The position numbers were made by a program, and so were the translations under genes. Below the pieces are notes generated by a model that made no database searches, was not told the origin of the DNA, and worked only from the letters and a program-made list of their open reading frames with translations. Positions 1 through 13,689 of a stretch of 64,000 nt of DNA are shown in pieces. Source of the stretch: Octopus sinensis (taxonomy: Eukaryota); contig NC_043012.1 in the NCBI RefSeq assembly GCF_006345805.1, positions 16,120,001 through 16,184,000 of the forward strand, in the 5' to 3' direction. How positions within the stretch are numbered: position 1 is the stretch's first letter; the number at the start of each line of letters is the position of its first letter.

Positions 1-1392
1 AGAATTATAGGTTTATAATTTGAGAGAGTGTACATACTTCATGTACAATTAATACAAATGGCATTTACGTAAATGCTACAACGGCCACTAGATAGACCAG
101 TTTTTAAAATAGATTCCATGAAACTTTATGACCACGTTGCGATATGAACATTAGGAGCTTATATCCAGGGAAACATGGAAACCGGGGCAGTGTTTGCTTT
201 AGGCAAAATTTAGGTGTTATTATTTAATATTAAAGGATATACTGAAGTACAATTAGGGCATTTGTTGTTGACAGTAGCAGAAGGAGTCTTCCCCTCTCTT
301 ATTTTTCATCAGAAAGCTCTTAAATAATTTTCAGGAGTCTTTTGTACTCCTTTGTCAAAAATGCAGTGAGTCAGCGAATTAATATTGGGGGCCTGTAATT
401 AAGCAAACTGTTATTCGCGAGTAATAATAACTGAGTAAATATATAAATAAGAGTTTAGGAGTTATAGCTGAGGGCGCGCGTTTATGCAGTGTCATTTATG
501 AAATTTATATTTCTTGTCTGGCGGTCATGTTTCAAGAGATAGTGGTGGTGTGTTTATTCATCCCAGTTGGTAGTGAAAGATTTCCTCTGGAAAATAGCTG
601 TTATTACATCAGAGAAGGCACTAGGCTGATCTATTTCGTTGTAACGTAGCCTGGTGAATATACATAATGATTAATGTATACCTGTTGTGACCAACCAGTA
701 TTTTACTGTCAGAGTCTATAAAGAACCGCCGTATGCAATATAACCTTAATAGTTAAGAAATTCAAGAAGATTCGGTTGCGAATTCTAGCAATTCCATCGA
801 TTATATGGATTTTCTTTCATTGGTTCACACCGTTTCCTTGGCTTGTTACAGATTTTGGTTTGGTGAAAGATGGGTATTATCATATGCTTATTTCTTCTAG
901 ATCCGTCAAATAGGATGCATATTTACTGCCAAAAGTAACTAATTGTAACTGATGTAGTTCCTACAAGATTTATCCTTTGGTCCGAAACAATAGGTATTTT
1001 GCATGGAGACGAAAAACGTATTGTATTGATTTTGTCATGGCGTAATCCCAAAATAAACGGTCACAGTCGTCTAAGATTTTAACAGTAGAATCTCTTAAGG
1101 ATCAAGGAAAATTAGAATAAGGGAATATTCGAATCTTCTTTGGTGAAAACGTCTTAGAATTATAAAATATTTTATGTCTGTGCCAGCAACATTGATACGA
1201 AAAGAGTCTTAGAACAGGACGTTACCTAGATTGAAGTTGGCGTCAATGACTCTAAAGGTATATATAGAGTAATGTATGTCTTAAATAAAGTTGAAATTCT
1301 GATGATAAAACTTATAAAGAAAAATGTAGTGACAACGGACGAAATTTTGGCCCAGAGTAATTTGAGATGTTTTCATATCCGGGTAAGTGGTG

Positions 1393-1431
1393 AATGGTGA
1401 TAGAATGGTGATAGAATGGTGATAGAATGGT
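1393..1431. repeat. 11-bp minisatellite (GAATGGTGATA) x ~3.5
   Basis: Tandem units read directly. Confidence 0.85.
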
Positions 1432-2611
1432 ATTTTTATGTGTTAGATTCAGAGGAATTTAGCTGATGTTTCTCTTATTTCATTTGCTATTTCTACACTC
1501 GCAGTCTCTCCACTATTAGATCGATGGATGTGTATTCTTAAATCTTTTCTCCCTTTACAGGCTAACAAGGACACCGATATGGTGTCGGTCCTTCTGGTGA
1601 CGTCGATGATCGCCTGGGGCTAAATGCATCAGTAACACCACCACCACCCCGCCCTGTCCCTAGCCACATTCAGATGGCTGAACTCCCTTACGTTAAAGTT
1701 GTCATACTTTTATGTGAATTGGTTAATTAAAATGTGGCTGATTTTAGGCAGTGTATTCGTTATGTTGTCTTCCATACCACTTATTAAATATTTATAAATA
1801 TTTATGTAAATAATGCATAACGAAGGTGATATTTTTATAGACTAAATATATGTAGACAATACCGTTGGTATTAAGATGAAAATTTAACATGAAATGGAGG
1901 AATGATAATTACTTTCAGACATATACATTCTTATAAAGATTTAGTTTTATTTTTGTTTTATCATATAGATATCACTTATATTGCATTTAAAGTATATTAA
2001 CCCAAACGCGAATTTCAGATTCCTCAATAATTTTCTTAATTTCTTGTATATTGCTTTGCAAACGAAAAATGATAAATGGCTTTTCTGCAAATCAATGAAA
2101 TTTATTTTGGTTATATAAAATGTTCATGTAATAAGAGAACTTTAAAATATTTAAGTTATTTTTTCTGCTGTACAATATCTTGTAGGTAATAGAAGCTATT
2201 ACTATTTTGTTACACTTTAACAAGCTGCTATTAGATTATGTACGAATTTATTAAACTACATCTCCATACAAAAATTAGATAAAAATTAGCGACTTACGCT
2301 AGACGTAACAATAGTCAAGTTTAATTTTATGGGCACCAATGGAAGCGTATTTATAGATGTAAAATCGGCAGAGATGAATTTCGTGGTCAGAGAGATAACA
2401 TCGAAAATACAACAACGGAAGGAAGACATTGAGGAACGAAGAATTGGAATACTATTAGTATCCTTTAGATGATGGCTTATCTTATTTACCGACTCTGTAC
2501 ATAATTATAGGATGACCGGCCAAAAGGCATATAGATAGTTGTGTTCAGAATTCAGATGCAATCGAAGGTGGGCTTACCATTCGTTTATCCGGATTCAATA
2601 AAGTAAATACT

Positions 2612-2843
2612 TATTTCTTTACTACCCACACGGGGCTAAACACAGAGAGGACAAACAAGGACAGACAAACGGATTAAGTCGATTATATCAACCCCAGTGC
2701 GTAACAGGCACGTATTTAATCGAGTCCGAAAGGATGAAAGGCAAAGTCGACCTCGGCGGAATTTGAACTCAGAACGCAGCGGCACACGAAATACCACAAA
2801 GCATTTCATCCGGCGTGCTAACGTTTCTGCCAGCTCGCCGCCC
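2612..2843 (-). mobile_element. tRNA-derived SINE, family A (Meta-SINE-like central domain), full length with 18-bp TSD
   Basis: Reverse complement matches the copies at 38067 and 62490. B-box-like GAGTTCAAATTCC; central CCTTTCATCCTTTCGG motif. TSD TTCAATAAAGTAAATACT at 2594-2611 and 2844-2861. Confidence 0.9.
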
Positions 2844-5800
2844 TTCAATAAAGTAAATACTAATCAGGTACTCAGATTAGTTTGGTAGATTATACAAGGC
2901 CCTCAATAGGTAGTCTTATTTTTATTGCGAACTTCTATTTAAAAACCAAGTGCAACTCTCATTGCTTCTGTAGTTTTTAGTTTCACTTTATTGTATTTTA
3001 ACTTTTCTCTGTAACACTTGTCTCAATGTAGTAAATTTATTTTGCGGTATGGTGGGTGTACGTGTAAGTAATGGGATTTTGTATATATATATTTGTGTGC
3101 ATACCTTATTATTCGCATGCTACATATTTTATGGAAAATACTTTTGTTTTCAATAATCACGTTATGGATATTTATATATCAAATGGTTCGTTTACAGGGA
3201 GTCTTTGCATTTCTTTCAGAAACAGAAATTCGTCCTTTAGAATTCATATATCAAATAAGACCTTTTTTTATGTAACATTGTTGACAATATATCAACCATT
3301 TAACTCAGTTTACCTATCTGTTTAAATCGACATGTCCAAGGGTATAGTCTCTTTGTAACACTCTGAAGACTTACGTCGTATTTGGTTTCTTTTAAAGTCC
3401 TAACGTTTAGTATAGTTCCAATGTATCTCTGCTTTCCACTCACAACCAATCCATGCAACAATAGGATCGTTCTAAAACCATAATATATAATTGATTTTTA
3501 AAATCATTTTAGATGTTATAACTTTCGTACTGTATTTCAGAAAATTCATTGTTCTTACTAATTAATGATTTTACTTTTACGTTCTTTGGATTACGCCTTC
3601 AGATGATATAACATTCTATGATTTCTCCAGTGCCTTTCTTTGTTACGTTTCGTATTTTAAACATTAACGATAAAGGAAACAGTTTACTGTTTACTGTCCG
3701 TACTCCACACATAAGTTTTTCCTTTTTTACTGATGTTCGTGGTGGCGATACTGACCATTGATTTCTAATTTATTCTATCTAGTACTTCGCAAAAAGGCTT
3801 TTTACGCTGGCATCGAAATATGGTTTGTTGAAGAAATTGATTGATGTCGCTTTCTATAATCACGTGTTTTTTTTGCGATTTATCTAATATCTCTTGTTTC
3901 AAGCGCTCTCTGACCTTGAGTACTGCCTTTTACGCTATATTTCTGTACTAACAGCAAGAAAACACAAAGGCTACACATATCAAGTAAATCTCAGAGTATC
4001 CACTATATTATCTGGCTATATCTCTCAAAGTTACTTTAGTTGTTAGGTCTCACTAACATTAAGTTATCTACGTTAAAAACACACCTTTGCGTTCAGTAGG
4101 GCAGCATCCTAAAGTTTGACTCCTCCCTTTCAGGCCAGGAGACATTTCAATCTCTAATAATTATTGACAGTCTACAAAACTCTGGTGAAGATCAAAATTT
4201 TGCTTCCTCCTGCATTTGAGATGGTGTTGCCCCACGCACAGACACTCTCATCCGTCTCCTATAAAAGGCTACTGTCTGATTGTCGTAAAGTTACTTAAAG
4301 AAACTCTCCTCTCTGTGGCCCACACGCGCGTTTTATCCTTTTTCTACTTTTGCTACTGAAAATGCAATGGTCTCTGCTATATAGAGTTATTGGTTTGGTG
4401 GCATAACATTTCAAATTAAGCACTCCTGCCCGGGGATTCATGCACCCATTTTCTCATACTAATTCTAACATCCAATTTCTCCTCATAATAATTTTCCTTT
4501 CGCATTCCCTTCCACCTCATAATTTTCTTCCAGGCTTGATTTACAAAGGTTCAAGATGGATGGCTGAAATCTCATCAGTGTAGGAGGGATTAAGGAGGCC
4601 AAGAAAACATCATCTAAACTCTGTAAGTAAAAAGAAAGAATCTCTTGCATTTCTGTTTTCTTGTTTGTGACTTCACGGCGTAAGAAAATCAATTTCTTTT
4701 TATTTTCGATTTCCCCCGTTTTCTTCGTTCAATGATGGAGTTTGATGCACCTCCTCAAGTAAATCTAAGACAGTATCAATTTTTTCCATTGTAACAACTG
4801 AAGCTGTAGCATATATTATTCAATTTATCTTACCGTTTTTGTGTATATCTGTTTCGATTATGTTTACACTAACCATGTCTGCGCTTTCAATTGTTTTTGA
4901 TCTTTTATCATTTAGTGTTTATATTTGTTATAAGTCTCTCGTTAGGCGCTTTTATTGATTTTATTTCTTTATCTATTTTGCTTTTGTCATATTAATAATT
5001 TTTATCTTTAGATATTTCTGTTCTAAATATTTTTCAAATTTCTTTTTATATACCTTTCTATAGCATGTAGCTAGTTTAAATTTTGCTGTTCTATGTTCAA
5101 AAAGTGTTTTCGTATATGATTTTATTGTATTACTTTTAACTATTTTGCATGTCTTACATATAAAATAATGGCTTAAGTTCTCAAAGTTTAAATCTTCAAT
5201 TTTATATATTTGTAAAATTTTCTGCTTTTTGTAGTTTAATTATTTAATGTCATTTGTATTTTCCTTACGTACTTTTTCTTTCAAATATTAATTACGTTTC
5301 CTATACAAATTTGGTTTTGGACTGTAATTTTTTGAACTTGTCTTTTAAAAGTGAATTAATCTTTTACATTTGGATAATTTTGGTTGCAGATACTATACGT
5401 ACTTATTGAAGTCGCTTGCGTTTATCAATAAAGAGTTACTGTAAATAATATAAATAGTATAGAAAAAGTATTTCATGTCATGTTTTCATTTAAGAGTTGC
5501 TAATTTATAAGTATTCGAAGAGCAAGATCCGACCCTTTATTTTGATTGTCGTTATCTTCGATAGTTTCCAGCCAATTTGTTTCTGGAGATGCAGGAATTT
5601 GCAAGCAATATCTTTTGCTCTTTTATGCATAACATTCAAACTTCGGTTGACCGGGCTTACTTTATATTTCTTCGCCACGTTTACAAGAAGTTCAATGTGG
5701 CCTACAGAGGAGTAACAAGTTCAAAAATGAAGGCAGTATATTACCAAAATTTACACGAACATTTTTAAAGCTTCAAAAAGAAAATAGATTAATAAAATAT

Positions 5801-6035
5801 AATCAATAAAAAGAAAATAAATGTTTCACATATAGCGCATTTCTAAAATATCATCTCGTGCTTTAGCACACCCAGTAGAAATAGTTCACTGGGTTAACGA
5901 TATAATAGTACACATTTTTCTTGCGTAGTGATCCTGAAGGGAAAAACGCATGCCTGAAAACGTGTGGACAGAGATTGTTAAAAAGTCTGTCTGAAGTGTT
6001 CAAAAAGTACGTGAAGGGCCTGAATAGTTCCTGGC

Positions 6036-6355
6036 ATTTTATTGTTTATTTATGCACCCTTTTCAAGCCTAGCCAGGCTCATGGGCCCGGCTTCACGGTT
6101 TCTATGGTGTATGTGTTCCTCTCAGCTGGACGGGACGCTAGTCCATCGCAGCGTTACTCAAGAAATAGGAAGAAAGAGTGAGAGAAAGTTGGGGCGAAAG
6201 AGTACAACAGGGGTCGCCACCACCCCCTGCCAGAGCGTCGTGGAGCTTTAGGTGTTTTCGCTCAATAAACACACACAACGCCCGGTCTGAGAATCGAAAC
6301 CACGATCTACCGACTGTGAGTCCGCTGCCCTAACCACTACGCCATGTGCCTCCAC
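6036..6355 (-). mobile_element. SINE family B head joined to a V-domain-like tail
   Basis: Head matches the 37173 copy (A/B boxes). Tail GCGATGGACTAGCGTCCCGTCCAGCTG is shared with the adjacent family C copy. Confidence 0.85.
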
Positions 6356-6360
6356 TATAT

Positions 6361-6616
6361 AAAATAAATGCGTCCTTTTAAAGCCTAGCCAGGGTCATGG
6401 GCCCGGTTTCCCGGTATCTATGGCATATGTGTTCCCCAGCTGGACGGGACGCCAGTCCATCGCAGTGTTACTCCTTTTTGCCAGCTGAGTGGACTGGAGC
6501 AACGTGAAATGAAGTGTTTTGCTCAAGAACACAACGCGTCGCCCGGTCTAGGAATCGAAACCACAATCTTACGATCAGGATGCTAACACCCTAACCACTA
6601 AGCCATGCGCCTTCAC
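6361..6616 (-). mobile_element. SINE family C (tRNA head + CORE-like domain + V-like tail)
   Basis: Minus strand has TGGCTTAGTGGTTAGG (A box), GGTTTCGATTCC (B box), TGTGTTCTTGAGCAAAACACTT..TTGCTCCAGTCCACTCAGCTG (CORE-like). Homologous copy at ~50190. Confidence 0.85.
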
Positions 6617-6764
6617 ATAGTTCCTGGCTTTAGATAAAAGAAAATACAGGTGAATGAGGTTCACACAATCATTGCAGCGGTCTTTCAGTTTTCAATATCC
6701 TGTAAAAGAACTCGGACGTTTGGACCTATATCTGTTATTCTTATTAATCTGCAGTTAGTGGGAC

Positions 6765-6920
6765 ATCGTCCATCTTTACGTTCTAAGTTCGAATTCCGCC
6801 GAGGTGAGTTGTACCTTTCATCTTTTCAGGATCAATGAAATCAGTATTACTTGAATCTTGGGGTTGGTGTCATCGACTAAACTCCAAAAATTGCTGGCCT
6901 TGTCTAGGGTACAAAGGATA
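6765..6920 (+). mobile_element. Degenerate SINE family A fragment
   Basis: TTACGTTCTAAGTTCGAATTCCGCCGAGG..CCTTTCATCTTTTCAGG aligns with family A. Confidence 0.7.
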
Positions 6921-7529
6921 ATATTAACATGTAATTCAGTTCTGATTTACGCACAAATGCACAAACACGCGCCCGCACGCACACATGGACACACGCTTGC
7001 GCACACATACACACAAGCACATATACACACGCACACACACACACACAGAATTTCGCTACATTCATTATTCAATTATTTACATATAATCTAAATTGCCTGA
7101 GAATATTAGTTTGACGCTGATAATCAACAAAAAACACTGACAATATACAACCGAGCAGACCCATTAACATACCTCCTAACTTACAGAGCATCTTTCCATT
7201 TGCGAATGAATTAGAATAACGTAACTTGTATATTGAAAATATGCAAGTACCGTTACCTCAGGTGAAATCATTATTCCGTCATTGTGTCTTTCTCTGTATG
7301 TGAAACTTTCATCTCTCCACGTAGCATTATTTTTTGTTTTATTTCCATAGATTTTGAGAATTCTTGCAGTTGCGTAAGATTTTGTCTTTCCTTCTCTTTT
7401 CCTTGGTGTTTTATATTGCTCATTTTTGACAATTTCTGTTTTTTTTTAACTAGTGTTCGCTATTTGATGCCTCTTTTCAAACTCGTTTGTTTTTGTTTGA
7501 TTCTTTGTGTATTGATCCTTCTATTTGAA

Positions 7530-7560
<31 letters not shown>

Positions 7561-7688
7561 CCGTACTCCCAAAGTCATTTCATTCAAGCCTTTTGTGTAT
7601 GAAATTATACTTTTTTTAATATTACCCTTCTTATACCATCTTTTTCCTTTCACAATTTAAGTATGTCAGTCATTATATCCCTTTGTAT

Positions 7689-7713
7689 ATACATACATAC
7701 ATACATACATACA

Positions 7714-7742
<29 letters not shown>
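7689..7742. repeat. (TACA)n microsatellite
   Basis: Direct. Confidence 0.95.
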
Positions 7743-7746
<4 letters not shown>

Positions 7747-8797
7747 TACTTTAGCCATCAAAATAAAAGAAAATCATACACCACATTATCACACGCAAAA
7801 ATATGATAGAGAGAGAGAAAGAAGAAAGAATTGAAAATGTAAAACGGATAAATATAAAAGTGAACAAAATATTTTATGAGAATATGATATATATGTGGAT
7901 TTAGAAAACACTCAGGAAGCAAACGTCATACGCATAGGAACACACACACGCATAATGATGTGGGGTATGTTATATCTAAAACTAGGTATATATTTTGGGA
8001 AGCAAGCATCATTCAAATAGACATGTAAATAAATGGAAAAAAAAAAGATTACTTATAGACAGAATGAGGAGAAACGAGAAAGATTCAGGAGTAATTAAGG
8101 GATAAAATTCCTAATTTAGAGAAATACATAGGACGCGGTGGTGAACACGATATATTTAGGTAAATAATTCCGCATCTAGCATTAATAGATCCGACAGACC
8201 GGAAATAATGACACATATAAGATATTTACCTATATAGTTTTGAACCTTTATGTGTTTATGAAGAATAAAATATTTTAATCGTATCTATGAAGATCACTAT
8301 GAAATGAATATATGTGAACTTCAGGTGTTTTTATCTGTTTTAAGAGTAATTGTTAGTTTTGTTTAGTCACACTATCATATTCTGTGTAAAAGGCAGCTGT
8401 CAGATATATATCGCAAAACCTAACAAAATAATTATCTTCTATCAATGACAATAGATACGTTGTACACCCACAACAATTCCTAGATTCAATTACGAGATGT
8501 TATAAAACTTAAAATAGTATTTGTTATTATTGAAGGCTTTCTATAGGATCAGTCTAGCATTGATTATATGTTTTAAGATATCTATTGATAACATTAAACT
8601 GTTATTTCACAAAACTCATATTGACGTACCGCTTCATGAAACCTCTCCTATACATCTTGAACAAGAACGTACGCAAGAAATGGTTAGAACTGCCTACGAA
8701 ACCTGAGAAATGCATATAACAAGAAGGACAAAAGCCTAAAGACATTCTTGGAGCTTCAACAATTTTACTGACTACAAATTTTACAATGTTTTATGAC

Positions 8798-8837
8798 CTC
8801 TCTCTCTCTCTCATTCTCTCTCTCTCTCTCTCTATCA

Positions 8838-8915
<78 letters not shown>

Positions 8916-8935
8916 ATGTGTGTGTGTTTGTGTGT
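8798..8935. repeat. Compound (CT)n(TA)n(TG)n microsatellite
   Basis: Direct. Confidence 0.95.
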
Positions 8936-8974
8936 ATGTATACATACATGTGTGTGCGCATGGGCATATATATA

Positions 8975-9150
8975 TATCGCTAGCCACTACACATTCTTTA
9001 CTTTCTCTTCTTGTTTCTGTGTTCCTTTCTGTGGAAGAGCGTAGGCTCGAAACGTTAAAGACTTTTGTACTTCCCGAGCGTTATACAAATACATCTGTTT
9101 GTTGTCAAACACCACGTGTCCTCGTCTTTTGTTTTTTTGGTGAATTCTCA
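8975..9150 (+). mobile_element. Short Penelope pLTR-like element between (TA)n tracts
   Basis: Second copy inverted at 40361-40535. Carries a hammerhead-like motif; flanked by (TA)n. Confidence 0.65.
9025..9060 (+). ncRNA. Minimal type-I hammerhead-like motif (A6U variant)
   Basis: CUUU-CUGUGGA-A-GAGC(GUAG)GCUC-GAAAC-GU-U-AAAG: stem I CUUU/AAAG, 4-bp stem II, palindromic ACGU in place of stem III. Confidence 0.55.
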
Positions 9151-9266
9151 CTATATATATATATATATATATAAGAGGGATGACCACTAAGTGGACATCC
9201 AATATGCTAGATGTAGGCCCCATATGGTCTGACCACTAAGGAAAGAATGTTCTTTCCTTATACACA

Positions 9267-9362
<96 letters not shown>

Positions 9363-9646
9363 GGATAGATCGCTATTTAAATAGCGATCAAATCATGTGG
9401 CAGCATGGGAAGAAAAAACATTATACGTTATTTATAGTATTAAAATTATAAATAAGGGCATCTAAGAGATACCACCATGCTTGAAATAACTGTTAAAAAC
9501 TGAATCGACAACCACATCATGTATTCAATACAGAATATGGTGAAAAGACAAAGAGAAATAAATGACTCAAAAATTTGAATTATCCAATTTTTTCACTGGT
9601 TTATGCATTTGTTTTTCCCCTTGTGCTGTATTGAATACATGATGGG

Positions 9647-9724
<78 letters not shown>

Positions 9725-9739
9725 ATATATACGCTCATA

Positions 9740-9950
9740 TTTTGCAAGATTTTTGATGTGAAATCGTGTGTTGAAACAGATATTGTTGTATTTAGGAATG
9801 GTCGTTTTGCCAGTTTAGCCAATAAAAACACACGCACTATATATTTGGTGTCACTTTGCGCTTCGGTGTTATTTATTTTTTTACATTAATCTTAATCTTA
9901 TTTCGGCCATAGTTCTTTCGTCACACCCTTGTGACCTCATCAATGGACCT
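9740..9950 (-). mobile_element. Penelope pLTR-like repeat with hammerhead-like motif at 9905-9949
   Basis: Homologous to 32348-32577. Minus strand: CCA-UUGAUGA-G-GUCAC(AAGGGU)GUGAC-GAAAGAACUA-UGG. Adjacent to (TA)n. Confidence 0.65.
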
Positions 9951-10213
9951 TTGCTTTCTTCTTTCTTATTTCTGTGTCTCTCCTTACTAACGGTCAGCCA
10001 TTTTGTATTTTGTATTCCTATTGTATGCGTATACCTCTATGTGTGTCTATGTTTAGTTAGTGTGTGTGTGTGGGGGGGGGGAAGAGCCTGTAATATTTGT
10101 ATCTCCTTCTTATATACGTCCGTGTAATTTGTTTTCGTTTTTGTTTATTTATATTTTGTTCACGTGTTTACACCTATTTGTTATTATTTTTTTTTTTTAA
10201 TACAAATAAACAA

Positions 10214-10990
10214 GCATTGTCCTGATGAACCATGACCCCTTTCGTCAATCTTTCTGGACATTTCCTCTTCATAGACTTTTGTAACTGCCTCCATTGATGG
10301 TGTGGCCCTTGTTAAAGATTTCCTTTTGCATTCCAAAGATCTCAGGCCATCAACCTCCATATAGATGAAACGTCCATGGCCTTCTTAGGAGCAGGTGAGA
10401 AGGGGTGTTTACTGCGTACATTGGCTCTTCCTCTGCAATTCAAAGTGACGAAACCACCACTCATCCTGGTTTAGGAAGCGTTCGAAGAAACCAGCTGGAT
10501 CTACCTCAAGCAATGTCAGATGTGTCCGTGATGTGATCAGCCACGTGCACTTTTGATCAGGTGTCAGATGATGTGGCATCTACCGAGCAGAAGCTTTCTC
10601 AATTCCAAGTTCATTTCGCAGGATATTCTTAAATCTCTCCAAGAGATACGCTAATAGTTTTTGCGGTTTGATTTATAGACTCAATCGCCTGTCATACTTC
10701 GCTATGTGGTGAATACAATCAATTAATTCTTTGGTAGAGTCAGTTACAGGAGCTCCAGATACACTTTTTCTTCTGGTACTTGATAACACGACGATGCCTA
10801 TTTTTGTTCATTTTCAAGAGAAGTCGCTAAAAGTTACTTTTAAGTCTTCTTTAAACGGTCAGATGTCTGTTTACCTGGAAAGAAACAAAGTAGTTATTAA
10901 TAAGAAAGGGTTGACATTAATGCATCCAAAATTTTATAGCTGTAACATCACTCCTTTATAGTCAGCCAATGAGCTTTTCAACCCGTCCGC
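10214..10990 (-). pseudogene. Degenerate mariner transposase with 5' TIR-like end
   Basis: Manual minus-strand translation gives MNKNRHRRVIKY, SGAPVTDST..DRRLS, ASAR*MPHHLTPDQK, ERFLNQDEWW and GVMVHQDNA, matching the mariner WVPR/L, DET and HQDNA motifs. Stops and frameshifts present. Confidence 0.85.
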
Positions 10991-11813
10991 TTACATCGAA
11001 ACTCTGCTTACAGACATGAGATATTAAAACTGGAAAAAATTGATTTCTATAAAGAATAAAACAATTCTAGAGTTGTCTTCAGAATAAAAACCACCTAACT
11101 GAAAATGTTTAGAAATAATGATAACCAAGATAATTAAAATGTGAATAGGAAGATATTGAAATAAAAGAATGATAAATTAATGTAGACATGGATGATGATG
11201 ATGAACATATACAAACAAACAAAATGTTTATAACAACAAAAGAAAACGAATATTAAGTTCGGATAGTTTCTAGAGATGTATCTAGCGTGTAATGGTAATA
11301 TTATATATATATAATTAGGAAAACAAAACAGAATTATTATAAGTCACTAATAAACTTTCCTTAATTTCTTGTTTTCTCTAATACCACGAAGAAACTATAA
11401 TGACATTAAGACAAAAGAGGCAACGCAGATGCGAAAGACAGAGAGAAAGAAGTGAAGGTTAAGAACGGTACCAGAGAAACAAACATTTATCGATTATTCT
11501 GCCTAAATTGTTTTAGCAATATACGTAAAATTATAAATTCCTTTGCAGTGCTAACAGCTTCTGTTTCTCAACGACGTAAGTTTAAGTATGTAAATCTATG
11601 TTTATGCTTGCACGTAAGGGTGTGCGGCGGATTTGTATTAGGGCTGCTAGGCCAATTCTATACCAGAAAATATTGTTCAGGAACACAAGAGGGAAAACTG
11701 ATTAAAATCATTTTTACTTCGATAGATTATTTGCTGCACACTGAATTTGATAGCTGTGCAATATCATAAATAGATACACACGCATATCAATCTATCTATC
11801 TGTCTATCTATTA

Positions 11814-11857
<44 letters not shown>

Positions 11858-12119
11858 CATACTGCATATATATGGGTTTAAATGTATAGGATTAAAACTA
11901 AATAATGTTAGAATATTTTAGATATGCAATTTCAATTCAAACAGAAAGACGTTATGAAATGTCTCGACTAAATGTAAAGCAAATATACGTAATCATGTAG
12001 CGATATATGTAGAGTGGTCCAAACGATACAGGATCAAGCGCACAAACTAACTGACGCTCAAAATAATATTTATACTAGAAAAAAAACCCTGGAAATATAC
12101 TGAGCACAATGAGGAGGCC

Positions 12120-12289
12120 AGTCGATTACATCGGCCCCCCAGTACGGAACTGGTGCTTAATTTGTCGACCCCGAAAGAATGAAAGGTAAATTTGACCTTG
12201 GCGGAATTTGAACTCAGAACGTAAAGACAGACGAAATACAGCTAAGCATTTCGCCCGGCGTGCTAACGTTTCAACCAGCTCGCCGCCTT
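12120..12289 (-). mobile_element. SINE family A, 3' truncated
   Basis: Head and central domain match the 2612 and 62490 copies. Confidence 0.85.
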
Positions 12290-12476
12290 TTGTAGTAGTA
12301 ATATAAAACCTTCATATATGAAGCGGTTCTTATACAACGGTCATAAATATAATGTACACTGTATTTTTATATGAATAATATATAGTCTATTGACTAGTTT
12401 TTTTCTTCTCGCTAGACAAATGGTAGCAAATAATTTTTCTAAATTTTTTGCTACCCTAAGATTTATTATATATATG

Positions 12477-12563
<87 letters not shown>

Positions 12564-13689
12564 GCAAAAAGAAAAATTTACTTTACCCCACACCGAACTT
12601 TTAGAAACAGCAGCCAAAGAATTTAGCTATTTCTCCTACTATAAGAAGAGTCTCCCAGAACGCTTGCTCTTATCGGATGAAAGCCGTTTCACATAATGCA
12701 TCTGTGCATTTCCGGATTATAGTGATACATGGATGTATGACATGCAGATGAATCTCTCCACCTATAGATAGATAACAAGCGAAAAACAAGGACTGGATGA
12801 CAAAAAAAGTCTAACTCGGCAATGAAGGCTAAGTTTCTAGGATGATGTGTGTGATTTTTTTTTAATCAGCCATTCACCAGCACCCGTATTCCTCTGCGCA
12901 TTATCGCCATATATTCGTTGCTCCAAGTCTATGCTCATCTGTATGTTTGCTTGCTGTTTACATGTGCAACTGTTGGAGTTTTACTTTTATATTTCACTAC
13001 ATATTTTTAAGAATTCTAAATAACTGCTTATTGTGAATGTTCATTCTCTCCAATTAGATCAAATCTTTAATATTTCACAAGTACAGTGTATTTTTGTAAA
13101 TACATTAACAAACCACAGTAAATTTAATGTTGCCAGATACTTTGCAAATTGCTAATTGTTATGGCGCCTCACATTCTTTGGCTGTTGCTATTGTTTGTAC
13201 AATTTCGCAGGTGCTGCAATAGTTGTTCTGAATATTCTCATCTTCACGATTCACTTGCCGTGAATACTTCGTCAAATTATTCAACGTATCTTGCTATTGA
13301 TGTTCAATTAATTCGATTTTGTTTTATCACGTCCTTTGTAAAATGAAGTTTGTGCTATATCTACACAACCCCAATTTTTACTTTCGTAAAACGTTAATCT
13401 CTGTAACTGCATGTATTGTTTAGCTGGAACCTCGGAATATTTGTATTCGGTATTGGAGCATTGATCATCTACATGATGCAGAAAGATTTATATTGGCATT
13501 GTAGTGGCGTTGGCCAATATTTAAATTAAATTCTTTGAACTATCAATTTCTTGGACATTTTGCTCTACCGATTATCTTTGTATCTGGAGGAAAATAAACA
13601 GCATTTTTTAAAGAATTACATTGCTGATATTGTCTGCATATTTTCTAATACCTGTGGTTTTCCCCTGTGGAGGAAGACATTAATTGCCG

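Noticed and set aside
1540-1650. Strong splice-acceptor-like site followed by a small hairpin
   Set aside because: All frames close within ~20 codons and the segment looks like a retroposon 3' tail; unsupported as an exon.
3300-5400. Possible old LINE (IGTILNVRTL, APE-like motif near 3392-3421 on the minus strand)
   Set aside because: One short motif only; I could not extend it by eye.
8786-9174. Many ORFs rich in YI/CV/HT/LS/II repeats here and throughout the window
   Set aside because: Translations of stop-free microsatellites, not genes.
10222-10228. CTGATGA hammerhead core
   Set aside because: It is the antisense of the mariner HQDNA codons; no stem II/GAAA follows.
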